Shown here: one piece after another, positions 21,695 through 33,116 of the stretch | Layout: every line of letters begins with the position of its first letter | Numbering within the stretch: position 1 is the first letter of the stretch | Origin: Octopus bimaculoides | Taxonomy: Eukaryota | DNA: 36,145 nucleotides | Assembly: GCF_001194135.2 (NCBI RefSeq) | Contig: NC_068993.1 | Span: 660,796 to 696,940 of the forward strand | Reading direction: 5' to 3' | Position numbers and translations under genes: made by a program | The notes under the pieces: generated by a model | Seen by the model: only the letters and a program-made list of their open reading frames with translations | Told to the model about the DNA's origin: nothing | The model's database searches: none

Positions 21695-23890
21695 TCACAA
21701 CACAGAATGTTGTCTATAATTAGAGTAACGGTATATATAAATCCTATAATCCTTACTAGCAAGGATTATTGAACTGCCATTGAGAAGAGCCACATCAAAA
21801 CACTGAGCATGCTTCACTTTACTTTCCAGAGCGTTTATAAGCTGACCAGATTGTGTAAATATTGTGACATTGAAATTGTTATGGTTGTCAGCGATTACTA
21901 TGGCCCCGTTTGAATTTATTCCCACACCAATTGGATAATTGGTAATTCCTTCACCACCAACTTGACGCAAAAATACTCCAGCATAATCAAAGACTTTCAC
22001 ACAATGAGCACGGTTGTCACTTATAAAGATTTCCTCTTTATCATTCACCACAACTCCATTTGGAAATTCTAAATGTTGTGAGCAACCAAATTTGTTTATC
22101 ACGGCACCAAACTGATCAAAGATAATTACACGCATAACTTTGCACTCAACAATAACAATTCTTCCTTTGACATCAACAGTAATGCCACGAGGATGCTGTA
22201 AGACACAAGAACCAAACTTGCGAATAAATTGTCCATATTGGTTATAAATTTGAACCTGATGGGTTGGACTCCTCTCTGTAACAACTATATCTCCTGATGA
22301 CTTCACAATCGCTACTCTATTGGGATACAGAAGCTGGCCATCCCTTTTGCCACATTCACCAAATTGAAACTTGAACCGACCGTCTTTGTCAAATATTTGA
22401 ATGCGGTGGTTATTTGTATCAGCAATGACAATGTCATTTTGAGCATTGACAGCCACACCACTTGGTTCTGTAAATTGGCCATCAAGGGTTCCAAATTCAC
22501 CAAACTTACAATGATAAATCATTTTTTGACGTCTTATCTGTGGTTTTGAGGACGTAGAAAAGGAAGTATTTATTAATTTAGTTTTGAACTCTAACAAATT
22601 GTTAGGTGATGTATAAACAGATTCTTCGTTTGAAACATCTAAGGCACCATTCCATTTCTCATAGACCTTTTCTGGAGAGTTATACTGTTGACTGTGGCAA
22701 GAGAATTGTTTACTGTCTGGAGTTTTATATGGTCTTCTTGGGCATCTTGTAGGCTCCACGTTCCAATCAGTTGCATCGAAGTCACCAGTTTGATGAATAT
22801 AACCAAATGTATTTTGAACACCAGCTCGAATGGCTGAGAAATTAGATAAGAATTCAAAATCAAATTCTTGACAATGTAGATTTGGATAATATTCCAGAAT
22901 TCTCTGAAATTGTTGCTCAATAAAACATTTTATTAACAACATCTCAGAAGCATTAGCATATTTGGTCAGTTTTTTAATAAACTGACAACCATGAGAGATT
23001 TGAGAAATGGTTTGCTGGATTTTAGAGTCTGTCTTATTTAAAACCATGATCTTGCTACTAAATGTGTCTTCGAGTTCTTGTAGCAATTCCTGTTTACGTT
23101 CATCCAAAACTGTTTGAAAGTAATTATAAGTCGTACTGATATCATTTTGGATTTTGTGATATTGTGAACATAACTGAAAATCAATGTCTTTCAGTTTGTC
23201 AGAAATAGTTTCAAGGTCTTTTGATCTGGATTTTACTTTGATCTGTAGTTGCTGGAGTTTCTCAAGTTCATTATCAACAACATCTAACAACACCTGACAA
23301 TCATGGCCAGAATTATGCTCAGATATTGCACAATCTTTACAAACAGGAATATTGCAAGTCACGCAGAAGGATTGCAGCACTTTGTATGGGTGTTTGGGAC
23401 AGGTTACACATCTTTCGGACGGTGAATAGTCATCGGGAAGCTCGTGTATTTCAGTAAAATTCAACACTTTATGACCTTCAAAGCAATGCATGAACTGATG
23501 TGCCATGACACAGTTGGCACAAAGGAGATTGGCACAATTATAGCATTTAGCAACAGCTATCTTATCTGTGTTTTTACAACCGGTACATTGTACTGAACAA
23601 CGTAGCACCGAAGACTCAAGAACATTACTAATAGCATAATCAGTTGCCAAATCCAGAGTACCATGGGGTAGATGGGTTACAAAAGAACATTCTGAGCAGA
23701 TGATCTTGCTTGGATCATCCTGACTCTTTTCTAAACAAGGAAGACAAAATGTATGAAAACAATCAAGAACTTTGGGCATTATATACATCTCCAAGCAAGA
23801 GGGACATTTGGTACATAAACCAGTGGTTTCACAAAGGAGTTCACAGTCAGATGAAGTCGATCCACTCTGCGATAAGGTTGGTGAAGACAT
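21695..23890 (-). CDS. brat: Brain tumor (Brat)/NCL-1-type TRIM-NHL protein: RING, two B-boxes, coiled coil, six-bladed NHL; 731 aa, single coding exon
   Basis: Uninterrupted ORF with an in-frame upstream stop. C3HC4 RING at aa 29-68; B-box1 CTGC...AVAKCYNCANLLCANCVMAHQFMHCFEGH; B-box2 CPKH...CVTCNIPVCKDC...H..GH; NHL IRRQKMIYHCKFGEFG...FTEPSGVAVNAQNDI...ESKVKHAQCFDVAL...LASKDYRIYIYRY, nearly identical to Drosophila Brat NHL as I recall it. Confidence 0.96.
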   Translation of the reverse strand: MSSPTLSQSGSTSSDCELLCETTGLCTKCPSCLEMYIMPKVLDCFHTFCLPCLEKSQDDPSKIICSECSFVTHLPHGTLDLATDYAISNVLESSVLRCSVQCTGCKNTDKIAVAKCYNCANLLCANCVMAHQFMHCFEGHKVLNFTEIHELPDDYSPSERCVTCPKHPYKVLQSFCVTCNIPVCKDCAISEHNSGHDCQVLLDVVDNELEKLQQLQIKVKSRSKDLETISDKLKDIDFQLCSQYHKIQNDISTTYNYFQTVLDERKQELLQELEDTFSSKIMVLNKTDSKIQQTISQISHGCQFIKKLTKYANASEMLLIKCFIEQQFQRILEYYPNLHCQEFDFEFLSNFSAIRAGVQNTFGYIHQTGDFDATDWNVEPTRCPRRPYKTPDSKQFSCHSQQYNSPEKVYEKWNGALDVSNEESVYTSPNNLLEFKTKLINTSFSTSSKPQIRRQKMIYHCKFGEFGTLDGQFTEPSGVAVNAQNDIVIADTNNHRIQIFDKDGRFKFQFGECGKRDGQLLYPNRVAIVKSSGDIVVTERSPTHQVQIYNQYGQFIRKFGSCVLQHPRGITVDVKGRIVIVECKVMRVIIFDQFGAVINKFGCSQHLEFPNGVVVNDKEEIFISDNRAHCVKVFDYAGVFLRQVGGEGITNYPIGVGINSNGAIVIADNHNNFNVTIFTQSGQLINALESKVKHAQCFDVALLNGSSIILASKDYRIYIYRYSNYRQHSVL

Positions 23891-23925
23891 TCCAGCAAGA
23901 ATGGTTGGTACAATTTAGTTTACCT
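23891..23925 (-). other. Splice acceptor and 33-nt 5'UTR portion of the brat coding exon
   Basis: Minus strand tctctctctctccaaatctAG| at 23925-23924, then 33 nt containing an in-frame TAA before the ATG; implies upstream non-coding exon(s), candidate donor AG|GTAATT at 25124. Confidence 0.6.
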
Positions 23926-26271
23926 AGATTTGGAGAGAGAGAGATTTCAATACAAAGTTTTAGACATATATATATATATATATAAATACACAAAAAATAC
24001 TATTTAACACCATTTAAACATTTGCATGAAATGAAATTAATTCCATATTTGGTAACTTAAGTTTAATAAAACCAATTCATAGCGATTTAAGCCATCACCT
24101 ATGTTAGAACAGGTTAGTACAGCCATTAATCTATGTGGTTGAAGTGGAGAGGTCAGAATTTCACTATCCATGCTTGCCAAGTAAAAACTATCTCCAAACT
24201 CTCCCAATTCTACACTTAACCATTTTTAATTGCACTGTTACCTTACTTGGAAACATGTAAGGGTTGGTGAAAGGAAGAGCATCCAACAGTCGATAGTCTG
24301 CCTCAAATTCCTTATAACCCATGCAAGCACAGAAAAGGGGATGTTCAACGACAATGCAAACAGCTTTCCAAATGCCCCAACTTCAGCAAGTCTGGGACAG
24401 ATTTATCTAAATTTAGAACCAACAACTGCAACTAAAGCATGAAAGGCAAAAAGGTGCTTCACCAAATCAAAGAATTATGAACCAACAGAAGCATCGAAGG
24501 CTGTTAAATCTTAAATGCATTATAGTCATGATGTAAATCTATTTGTATAATTAATGATAAATTGAGATTTACAACTATACTAGAAGTTGAACTTGTACAC
24601 CATCAAAAAGCAATATAACTGGAACTTAGTTTTTGCCTAAAAAGACAATTGGGGTTTCCAAATTTTATATTTAAAACAGAAATTAAAAAAAAAAAAAAAT
24701 CTCTTGCTGAATTTTTAAATATTGGAAATTCACAAGATTAGTATCAAAGAATAAACTACCAAAGTTTTAGATATGAACAATAAAAATATTAACACAAACA
24801 ATTTTAAAAAATATTCTACATTAAAGTGAATAAAACCAGAAACCAAAAGTTCACAAGTTTAAAATGGGTTTTTAAAAAAATTTGGTTGAGATATTAAAGT
24901 TGTCAGCAGCACAAACGCAGGTGCTACAACTGGTGATGCAAATGGGTTTAATTTGCCGAAGTAGGGCAAAGTAACAACTGGTGCACTCCTGTGTAATTCT
25001 CTCAGAACGACGATATCATTCATATAATGGTGTTTTGGGTAATTAAAGCTACCGAAGTTGGTTAATCCCACACAGCAATACTGTTTGGAAAACGCAGCTT
25101 GGTCAAGAAGAAAAAAAAAATTACCTAGCTGAAGCTCACGAGCCACCGTTAATAGTTAAAAGTTTAATCTGACAGGTTCAGAACTAGATCAAACAGCTGT
25201 GACCAAATGTAGAAAGACAACTGCAGAGCAAACGTTTGCTCAGTCACTTAATTCTCAAGACAGACAAAGATTTAACAAAAATATTTTGGAAGTCAGAGCT
25301 GTAATACATTTTATTAAGTTACATTGCCGATTAACTAACAATTACTTATATCAACCTTGGAAACATTTTATCAACGACACTACCGTCATTTACATTCCGA
25401 AACTGGTTATGGAATAAAAATGGAGAAGCAATTCTTTGTAGGACTGGACAGGAAAAGAAAACTTGTTAAACTTCTTCATAAACTCCCTCTCCCAACAAGC
25501 GTCGACTCTGAAGATTATGGGGGCCCTGCCAGCCCTACCTGGGGAGGTTACGGAAATATTGAAATTACTAATTTTAGTATGTATTGAAAATAAATTAACA
25601 ATAATTGCAAAATTCTAAAACTTAAATGCTTTCAAGACCAAACAACGAAAAAGAGAGAGAAACTGTGTTAGATTTGGCACCAAATGACATTTTTACCCCC
25701 ATGGAAATATAGAACGACGAACATGTTTAAGCAAAGTCATTTTAAAATATCGATATTTAATTAACAATCTTTAGAAAATCGCTAAAGAACATGAAAGGGA
25801 ATCGATGGTAAAGTTGTACGAAGAATAATAATCACAACAGCCGGCCTTCACACACAACTATAAACGATATGAAAGTTATTTGAGTTCATTTGTGAAACTT
25901 AAACGAAGAAGACAACGTTTCTTTGTCAAAGTTGTTGGTCGATAACAAATCCTTTCAAACAGATTTGATGTAACAGTGAATAGACACTAAAATACTAAAA
26001 ACTAATATATAATCAACTGGAAGAAAAAACGACGTTTCCCCCGAATTTTAACAACTTATGGCAATAAAAATATCTCTCACCTTAAGACAAGTTGTTAAAA
26101 GAGAGAACAACATTCAATTCTGAAAGAAATTTCATTCAAAGAATTAATTTAACAACGTCAGAGATGGTGGGGAGTGAGAAACCCCAAGATTCTAAAGAAA
26201 ACCATGGCTTTTCTTTAATATCTATGTAATGTCATCCTTAAATAAATGCAATAAAGTTGATTCTTTACTTA

Positions 26272-26407
26272 CACGTGAGACGACTAGACACCGTAATTCC
26301 CGCCACGCTGAAATTATTTTAATTATTGCCCCTGCCTCATTAAGACTATAAATTGATCAGATACAAACACCTGAAGCTGATTGGACAAAACTCGCCGCCG
26401 CCGCCGC
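26272..26407. promoter_or_regulatory. CpG-enriched promoter-like module between brat and frc
   Basis: E-box CACGTG (26272-26277), E2F-type TTCCCGCCA (26297-26305), inverted CCAAT box ctgATTGGa (26380-26384), (GCC)n run (26393-26407). Confidence 0.5.
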
Positions 26408-26419
26408 AGTCTTTTGTCA

Positions 26420-27620
26420 CCAATTCTTTTAACAGTTCTTCCCTTTTCTTCTTCTTTTCCTTCCATCTCTTTTCGTTTTTTTATTTTCCACGCATTTTTC
26501 CTCTGATATTCCCATTTCTTTTTCCTCCTCCTTCTACTCTATTTCTTTATTGCCCACAAGGGGCCAACACAGAGGGGACAACACAAAGACATGTGGGGAC
26601 ACATAGCAAATAAAGGAAAAAGGGGAAAACGTATGATAGAATGAATGATAAAATGAGAAATGCAATGAAGTTTCCTCAGCCCCACTTCTGAGTTACTTCG
26701 TTTTTACCTCTGTTCATTTTCCCTTTTAAACCCGGAGCCTTCCAAAATGTCCACTCCGTACTCCTTCAGTAAGAACGTGTAATCCATATTCTCTGGCAGA
26801 TTTTTGAATGTCTAGATCGACTAGCCATGTTTTATATCCTTCCTTGAATTTTAAACTATTCTCTCTTAGGTTCTCGTCCAACAACAGGCAGCGATTCCAC
26901 CTTTGCACATTGTCGAACCAGCGAGTGTCCACCACTCTGACGTTTTTCCACTTTTTTATCTCTTCATACAAATTTATATTTGTGTTATCATCATTACATA
27001 GCTTCCTTTCTTCGTTTTTTCCGGGGGAGGGGAAGCTGAAGTGTTTGTTTACGTGCTGGAGGGGGCAGCGGCTAGATTAAGTGTCTGTAGGGAGCGGGTG
27101 GGGGAGAAGAGGGTATGGGTGGGGTGGGTTTCAATATTTATTTTATCTAGCTTCTTCCTTTTGTTTCCTGGTGTCTTCCGTTCCACTTGCTTCTTCATCT
27201 GTTTCTGCTGCTGATGGTGGTAGTGTTTCCTCCTTTTCTTTTACCAATTCTTCCTTTTTTCCTTTGTTGAGGGCAGTTTGCTCTAATGTGACCTTTCTGG
27301 CCACACTTATAGTACCTGGGTATCCTGTCCTCTACTCTGTCTACCATCGTTGTATCTCCAAACACTATTGTTTCCTGTAGCTCTTCTATTATATCGTTTG
27401 GTCCCCATATCACCATATTTAATGATTATCCTTTTCAATTCCTTGTTTCCATTTTGGTGCTCCTTCTTCTACCCCCACCTCACCTTCCTATTTCCCTCAG
27501 ACTTCTAAATTAAGTTTACCCTTCACCATCACAATCGTAAATACGTTATCCCATCTCTTCATGAAAAAAGAGAATTTATTCCTCATGGTAGCCATAAAAT
27601 AATGAACAGACAAAAAAATG
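26420..27620 (-). mobile_element. Degenerate gag/ORF1-like retrotransposon relic with CCHC zinc knuckle
   Basis: ETIVFGDTTMVDRVEDRIPRYYKCGQKGHIRANCP is a CX2CX4HX4C knuckle with the first Cys replaced by Tyr; Lys/Glu-rich tail; broken frames. Confidence 0.65.
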
Positions 27621-28024
27621 GTTACACATTGTCAAATCAATTTTTTTAATTAATCGAGGACTGAACGGTGACGATATGTTTAGATTGATGGAAACGGAAG
27701 AAGGACCATAAAAGGGGATAATGTTACCCTATTTTCCAGTTGAGGGAGCTGGATTATGGTGCTTAATCATTTTCCCTTCCCTAACCTTAGTTCCACTGGC
27801 CCTAGAATACCCTTAAATGCCAAAGCCTATCTCCATCGCTATTTTAACCAAAATTTGGAGATTTAAAATTTTATGTAAGAAAGAATTTCAAAATGGTTTT
27901 TCGTGTTTTGAGTCTTTCTCAGACCTTGCTTGTGCGATGGTGACAGTCACTTACACTCATTGCACAATACCAAGACAAGGAAACATACACATTCACACAC
28001 ACATACATATGCAATGGCCTTCTT

Positions 28025-28160
28025 TCAGTTTCCATCTACCAGATCAACTCACTAGGTTTTGGTCAACGCAGGGCTATAGTAGAAGACATATGGCCAAGGC
28101 ACTATGTAGTAAGGCTGAACGCAGAACCATGTGGTTAGGAAAGAAACTGAGGCTACAGCC
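28025..28160 (-). mobile_element. SINE family B
   Basis: Reverse complement of the 9017-9200 family. Confidence 0.7.
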
Positions 28161-28510
28161 TTGGCAAAATATGGAATGGTCAGGGGCAGGTTGTATGTGA
28201 GCGAGGGGAGTTGAACCAGTTGAGTGGTGCAAGAAGCAGAGAGATAAGGACTATCTTCAGATCAGAACCTTCATCCTTGGGCCCAAAAGTAATTTTGTCC
28301 TGGCAAATTTCTCTCAGTTAGAGTGCTTTTACATATGGTTTGCTAAAGTTGTGTCTATGACATGCAGCATTTTCTAAGAAAAGACATGATGAGACAGTAA
28401 CATGTCACCAACTGGGTTCTATGGAAAAGTAACAGAAACGTCTTTCGACTTTTTTGTGTCCAAAATTGTAGACAGATTAACATTAGCCTCTCTCCCAACC
28501 CTTTGCCCAT

Positions 28511-28597
28511 ATTCATAAATGCTGATAGATCAATTCTAAATTCATAAATGCTGATAGATCAATTCTAAATTCATAAATGCTGATAGATCAATTCTAA
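28511..28597. repeat. Perfect 29-bp tandem repeat x3 (ATTCATAAATGCTGATAGATCAATTCTAA)
   Basis: Units 28511-28539, 28540-28568, 28569-28597 are identical. Confidence 0.97.
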
Positions 28598-29199
28598 AGG
28601 ATTTTCCAACCTTGCTCTACTAATCATTTTTAATAAATCAATATAAAACTTTGTTCTGATACTTCATCACTCTAATCAATCGACACCACAGAGTAAGACA
28701 TCAGTCACTGGTCAGCAAATGCCATAGATTAAGATATTATTGGTTAGTCAAGCAACACCACATAGTATGGGGTGAGTTTTTGGCCAGTTAAGTCTTGTAT
28801 TTCTGATTGAAAGCCAATTAACTTCAATAAAGCTTTTAAAGGAAAGATCACAAAGACAAAATGAAATCTGATTTCCTGTCAAATATGGAACACTGTGTTT
28901 TCGCTAAAAGATAAGATTTTATTAAGGAATGGATTGAATTCTTATAAAAACTTGAGATTCTTTTCTTGTGTCAGATGAGAGATTTTATATAAAAGAATAG
29001 TAATTGATATAGTGTGGAATAATTATAGCGAAGTCTTTAGTGAAATGGAATGGTTTCAGTAAGGAACTGAAAAGAGTGAAAGATCCAGTTTGGTAGAAGA
29101 TTACCTCGATTAGTTAATTAGTTAATTCAAAGACCTGGAAAGAAATACAGTCTTTCCATTGTTTATGAATTATGTGTAAAACAAGGTTTCTTCTCCCCT

Positions 29200-29615
29200 T
29201 TTCTGTAATGGTGCTGCTGCTACAAACAGCTGAACCCACTCCCCACCACGACCACCAAAATGGCATCCAAACGAATTGGTATGAAATCCCTCACCAATGC
29301 ACTCCTACAATGTCTCGCTCACAGACATGCTGTGTCCTCTCCCTCTGCCTTTTCTATCACAACTACAATGGCCACTGCTCCACCTCCACTCACACACTCC
29401 CTACTCATGCATCTCTCTTCTTGTGTCATCAATATTGTGTTCTCACCCACTCACAAGCCTTACACTCGCCCAGTCCTTTTCCTCCAGGATGTTCTCCCTC
29501 TGGAATCCCTCACCCTCCACTTTCCTCATGTCTTTCCTGCAAACATCAAATAGCTACTTTTCAAATGTGTCAAGCTGGCCGCTTAGGATGGGCCAGAGGA
29601 GGTCATGGACATAGC
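29200..29615 (-). mobile_element. Degenerate RTE-type LINE 3' end
   Basis: Minus-strand DVCRKDMRKVE...ENILEEKDW, preceded by a degraded GRP-like motif, resembles the 'FKDVCKRDMK' C-terminus. Confidence 0.5.
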
Positions 29616-30741
29616 CTCTCCCCATAAGTCGAATTTATAGAAACCATAAACACAGCCTCTTCCTTCATTAAATATTAGAAAAACCTCAAAAGAACAGAAG
29701 GCAAACAACTGGTTTTTTTTACTGTTTGTGGTTCAAGTTGTGATAAAACCAGATTTTCCTTTCACTGCCGAGCTAAGTGGGTTAAGGATTCTTTGGACAT
29801 TAATCGTTCATTTTTATAACAACAGTTTAGTTGTACAGAGAAATCATTATTTCTATAAACAGATTTTGTTTTGTATATTGTTTGAAGTGTTGAGTAAACC
29901 TGGACAGCAGTTTCAATATTTGGTTCATCGATCAAGCGAAACTAGAAATGACAAATGTTTAAACTATAAACTACAAAGACTGAAATTAATGTTTGGATTA
30001 TTGATCACTGGTGTGTGTGTGTGTGTGTGTGGCCAATGTCTTGCAGGTGGACCAAAGGAATAGTTCAAAGTCCAGCTGAAGTCCACTTTAAAAAAAGGAA
30101 TACATTCAACCCTTCAAGAGTAGAAGACATGCCTACCAGTCATTCACTTGGTTCAGTCTCACTGGTGGTGGTGGTGGTGGTGGTGGTGGTGGGGAGAAGT
30201 GACTGAAGATATCAACATCATCATCATCATTTAACATCTGTTGATGCATTATCAGAAGTCATTAATTAAAGAGACATATCTGTGTAGAGTAAAACCTGGA
30301 CTCTCCAGCCATGCCCCACCTGTGATGTACAGAGATGAAAGGATCCACACATGTATATACACGCCCACATATACTCTGTGTGTGTGTGTGTCTATACTGT
30401 GTTACCCTGCCAGTCTTCCCTCACTGATCATTGTACCTGTTATCTCTTCCTCCTCCTCCCGCAATTCTTTCACCTTTCTCTCTCTTTCTTTTTTCTTTCT
30501 CCCTCTCTCACTCTTATCTCGTTTTATATTTCTACTAATACATTTCTCTCTCTTCGACGAAGGCTCCCGCCAGAAAGTATTCTCTCACCAACAAATATAT
30601 CATTCCACCGTTTCTATTATTAATTTCTGTCCTTCCCACAACCACAAACCACACCAACCCCCTCCTGGTTCTCTTGGATTTCCCAAATCTTAAAGACTTC
30701 GTCCTGTATTCTTGGTGAAGTGTAAGGGAAATAACTTGCAG

Positions 30742-30750
30742 CACATCCGG
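30742..30750 (-). promoter_or_regulatory. ETS-type site CCGGATGTG about 130 nt upstream of the frc ATG
   Basis: Variant of CCGGAAGT typical of housekeeping promoters; motif match only. Confidence 0.3.
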
Positions 30751-30881
30751 CCCACAGAATGGTGTGCAAGCTGGACTCCAACAGTTTTCGTTTCCTTTAA
30801 TTACTTCCACACAACAACACACCACATCACAAACTTTATTTATTTCTGCTTTCCTGATTCCCTGATTCTCCCAGCTTCAAT

Positions 30882-31000
30882 ATGAACCCAGTTACAGGAG
30901 ACAAAATGCCCGTCAGGTATCGAATATTATCGGCTTTATTCTATGGATGCTGTTCTTTTTTAATTATTGTCGTTAATAAGATTATATTAACCAACTTCAA
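30882..31000 (+). CDS. frc: SLC35D-family nucleotide-sugar transporter (fringe connection/UST74c, SQV-7, SLC35D1/D2), coding exon 1 (not in ORF track)
   Basis: MNPVTGDKMPVRYRILSALFYGCCSFLIIVVNKIILTNF+AA matches the SLC35D TM1 motif (..AA.FYG..SFLI.VVNK.VLT.Y); strong phase-2 donor AA|GTAAGT at 31001. Confidence 0.88.
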
Positions 31001-33116
31001 GTAAGTCTCTCTCTTTCTTTACAATCTTACCTCACGTCTCTCTAAAATGTTTCTCCCTCTCTTCTTGTTGTCCTCTACAATATATTCCACCCTGTCACTA
31101 TGATCTGACATATCTCTCTCTCTTCTTAGCAACACCACACACGCACTTTGTTACATTTCTCTCTCACATTCCACGTTAAAATATTCAACACGCACACATA
31201 CTCTCTTAGACACACACACATATATATGTGTGTATACATTTGAATATATATGATGTACATAAACATTATGTGTCGAAAGGAGCATGTATACACACCTCCC
31301 TTTGCTACACATGTATACACACACACACACACACACACACACGTATATGGATACATACCCACACACAATCCTTAATTCACTTCACACACGGAAAGCGTAT
31401 TTTTGTAGTAGTTAATAGTATTATTAATAATTATTATTATTATTAATTATTATTATTATTATTATTATTATTTCTTTTGAAGTTTCGTAAACAGAAAATA
31501 TTATTCATGTACACACATAAATAAATACCCTACAAAAGTATGCATTATATATAAGTATTATGTATATCATTGTGTATCTATGATACTACTCTGTATAAAT
31601 AAAGAAAAAGATATTGTATATTGCTTCCTTTTGTGATGGATTGTGTACTGACGAAACTTTGGTAAATTAGCATCATTCTTGCGAAAGGCATGAGCGTCAC
31701 ACACTCTCACACATGTATCTTACAGAACTATAATGTAAGTGAAGTCAAATTAAGTAAAACCACATCAGGAATTGTTATTCTTGTACGGTAATTCTGTATC
31801 AGGAATTGGCCCAGGGTAATGAAATAATACTTCAGCTATTGATATAAACCATAATTAAAAGAAACATAAAATCGTGTCTGTAAAATCGAAACGGATTGTA
31901 ACGATGTCTTCAGATAAATTATGTTGGGTATGAATTTTGGTTTTGTTTTTGATAGCCACCACTCGGGTGTCAAAGCGTGTATACACACACACACACAGAC
32001 GTAGCAAGGAGTCGGGTAGTCGCCCTCGGGTGCAGTGTGAAGGGTACAAAATTAACTGTCCTATGACACCTGTTAATTAAAGTGAGGTTGTCAAAAGTCA
32101 CTTCGCCACACCCTCAGAATCATTGAGAAGCTTTGTTACAATAGGACACACTATTGTTTTAACTACATAGATAGGAACATTGAAACAGCAACATGCTGAG
32201 TCTGGCCATGGCCACTCCACCAGAGATTACTGTTGACAGTTCCAAACTGGGTTTTCCTGTATTTCAGATCCAGTATCTGTGACATTGTCTCTCTCTCTCT
32301 TTAGAAAAAAGAAATCTTAATTCAGTTCACATCCTTCCTTCTGAAAAGGGGGTCAAGTGGACAGTATTGTCATAAATGTATTGAGATGGTCGTGGTTGGG
32401 ATGCTTTTGATCAAAGGTTACTCAATTAGGGCTAACTTGGAACCACAGCATCTCTCTTGGTGCCACTATCAACAATCACATTGTTAAAACATCTACTGTT
32501 GAGATGATCACAAAACATGTCAGGGAGACTCTGCAACTCACAGACAATGCCAAGATAGTATCCTTTAACATTCTCATGGATGGCAATGCCAGAAATACAC
32601 TATGTCTAAACATCTTTTCTCATACATTGACTATTTTTAGCTTGAGTTTGGCATCTCCTGGTCAAACAGTTTCTGCTATGTTCTCTACTGACTTCCTCAC
32701 CGGACCAGGTACCCTTTAGCATTTAAATCAGTCACATCAGTCCAAATATTCTACCTGTTTTATATTCAAACTGGCCAGATTCAGCCTTTCACACCTTTCA
32801 TGTTAGTCAAAGCACCATCAAAATCTTGATTCAAAACAATGTGAATCAATAAATATTAAATCTGATTAGTTTCTGAATGCCAAAAGGTTAACATCACAAG
32901 AGATACAAATATCTGTGGTTGACTCTGAATATTGTTAACATTTGAAATGACATGTTACATTCCCAGGTATCAAATACACCACATCTCCTTAAAATTGACA
33001 TTTCTAAAGTAAGACTTGTTGGCTGCTAGATCTAACCCCTTGCACCATCTCGTATTGATTTTATATTTGATTATAAGAAATAAAATAAAGCAATGATATT
33101 TCTAATTCTGTTTCAG

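Noticed and set aside
21044-21762. Three ORFs of 181-215 aa
   Set aside because: Artefacts of translating through the N gap
28511-28597. CRISPR-like 29-bp repeats (also the 3438-3560 and 15581-15700 arrays)
   Set aside because: No unique spacers or only very short repeats, eukaryotic context, no cas genes
30535-30825. 96-aa minus ORF with faint APE-endonuclease-like words
   Set aside because: No catalytic motif; more simply the antisense of the frc promoter and 5'UTR
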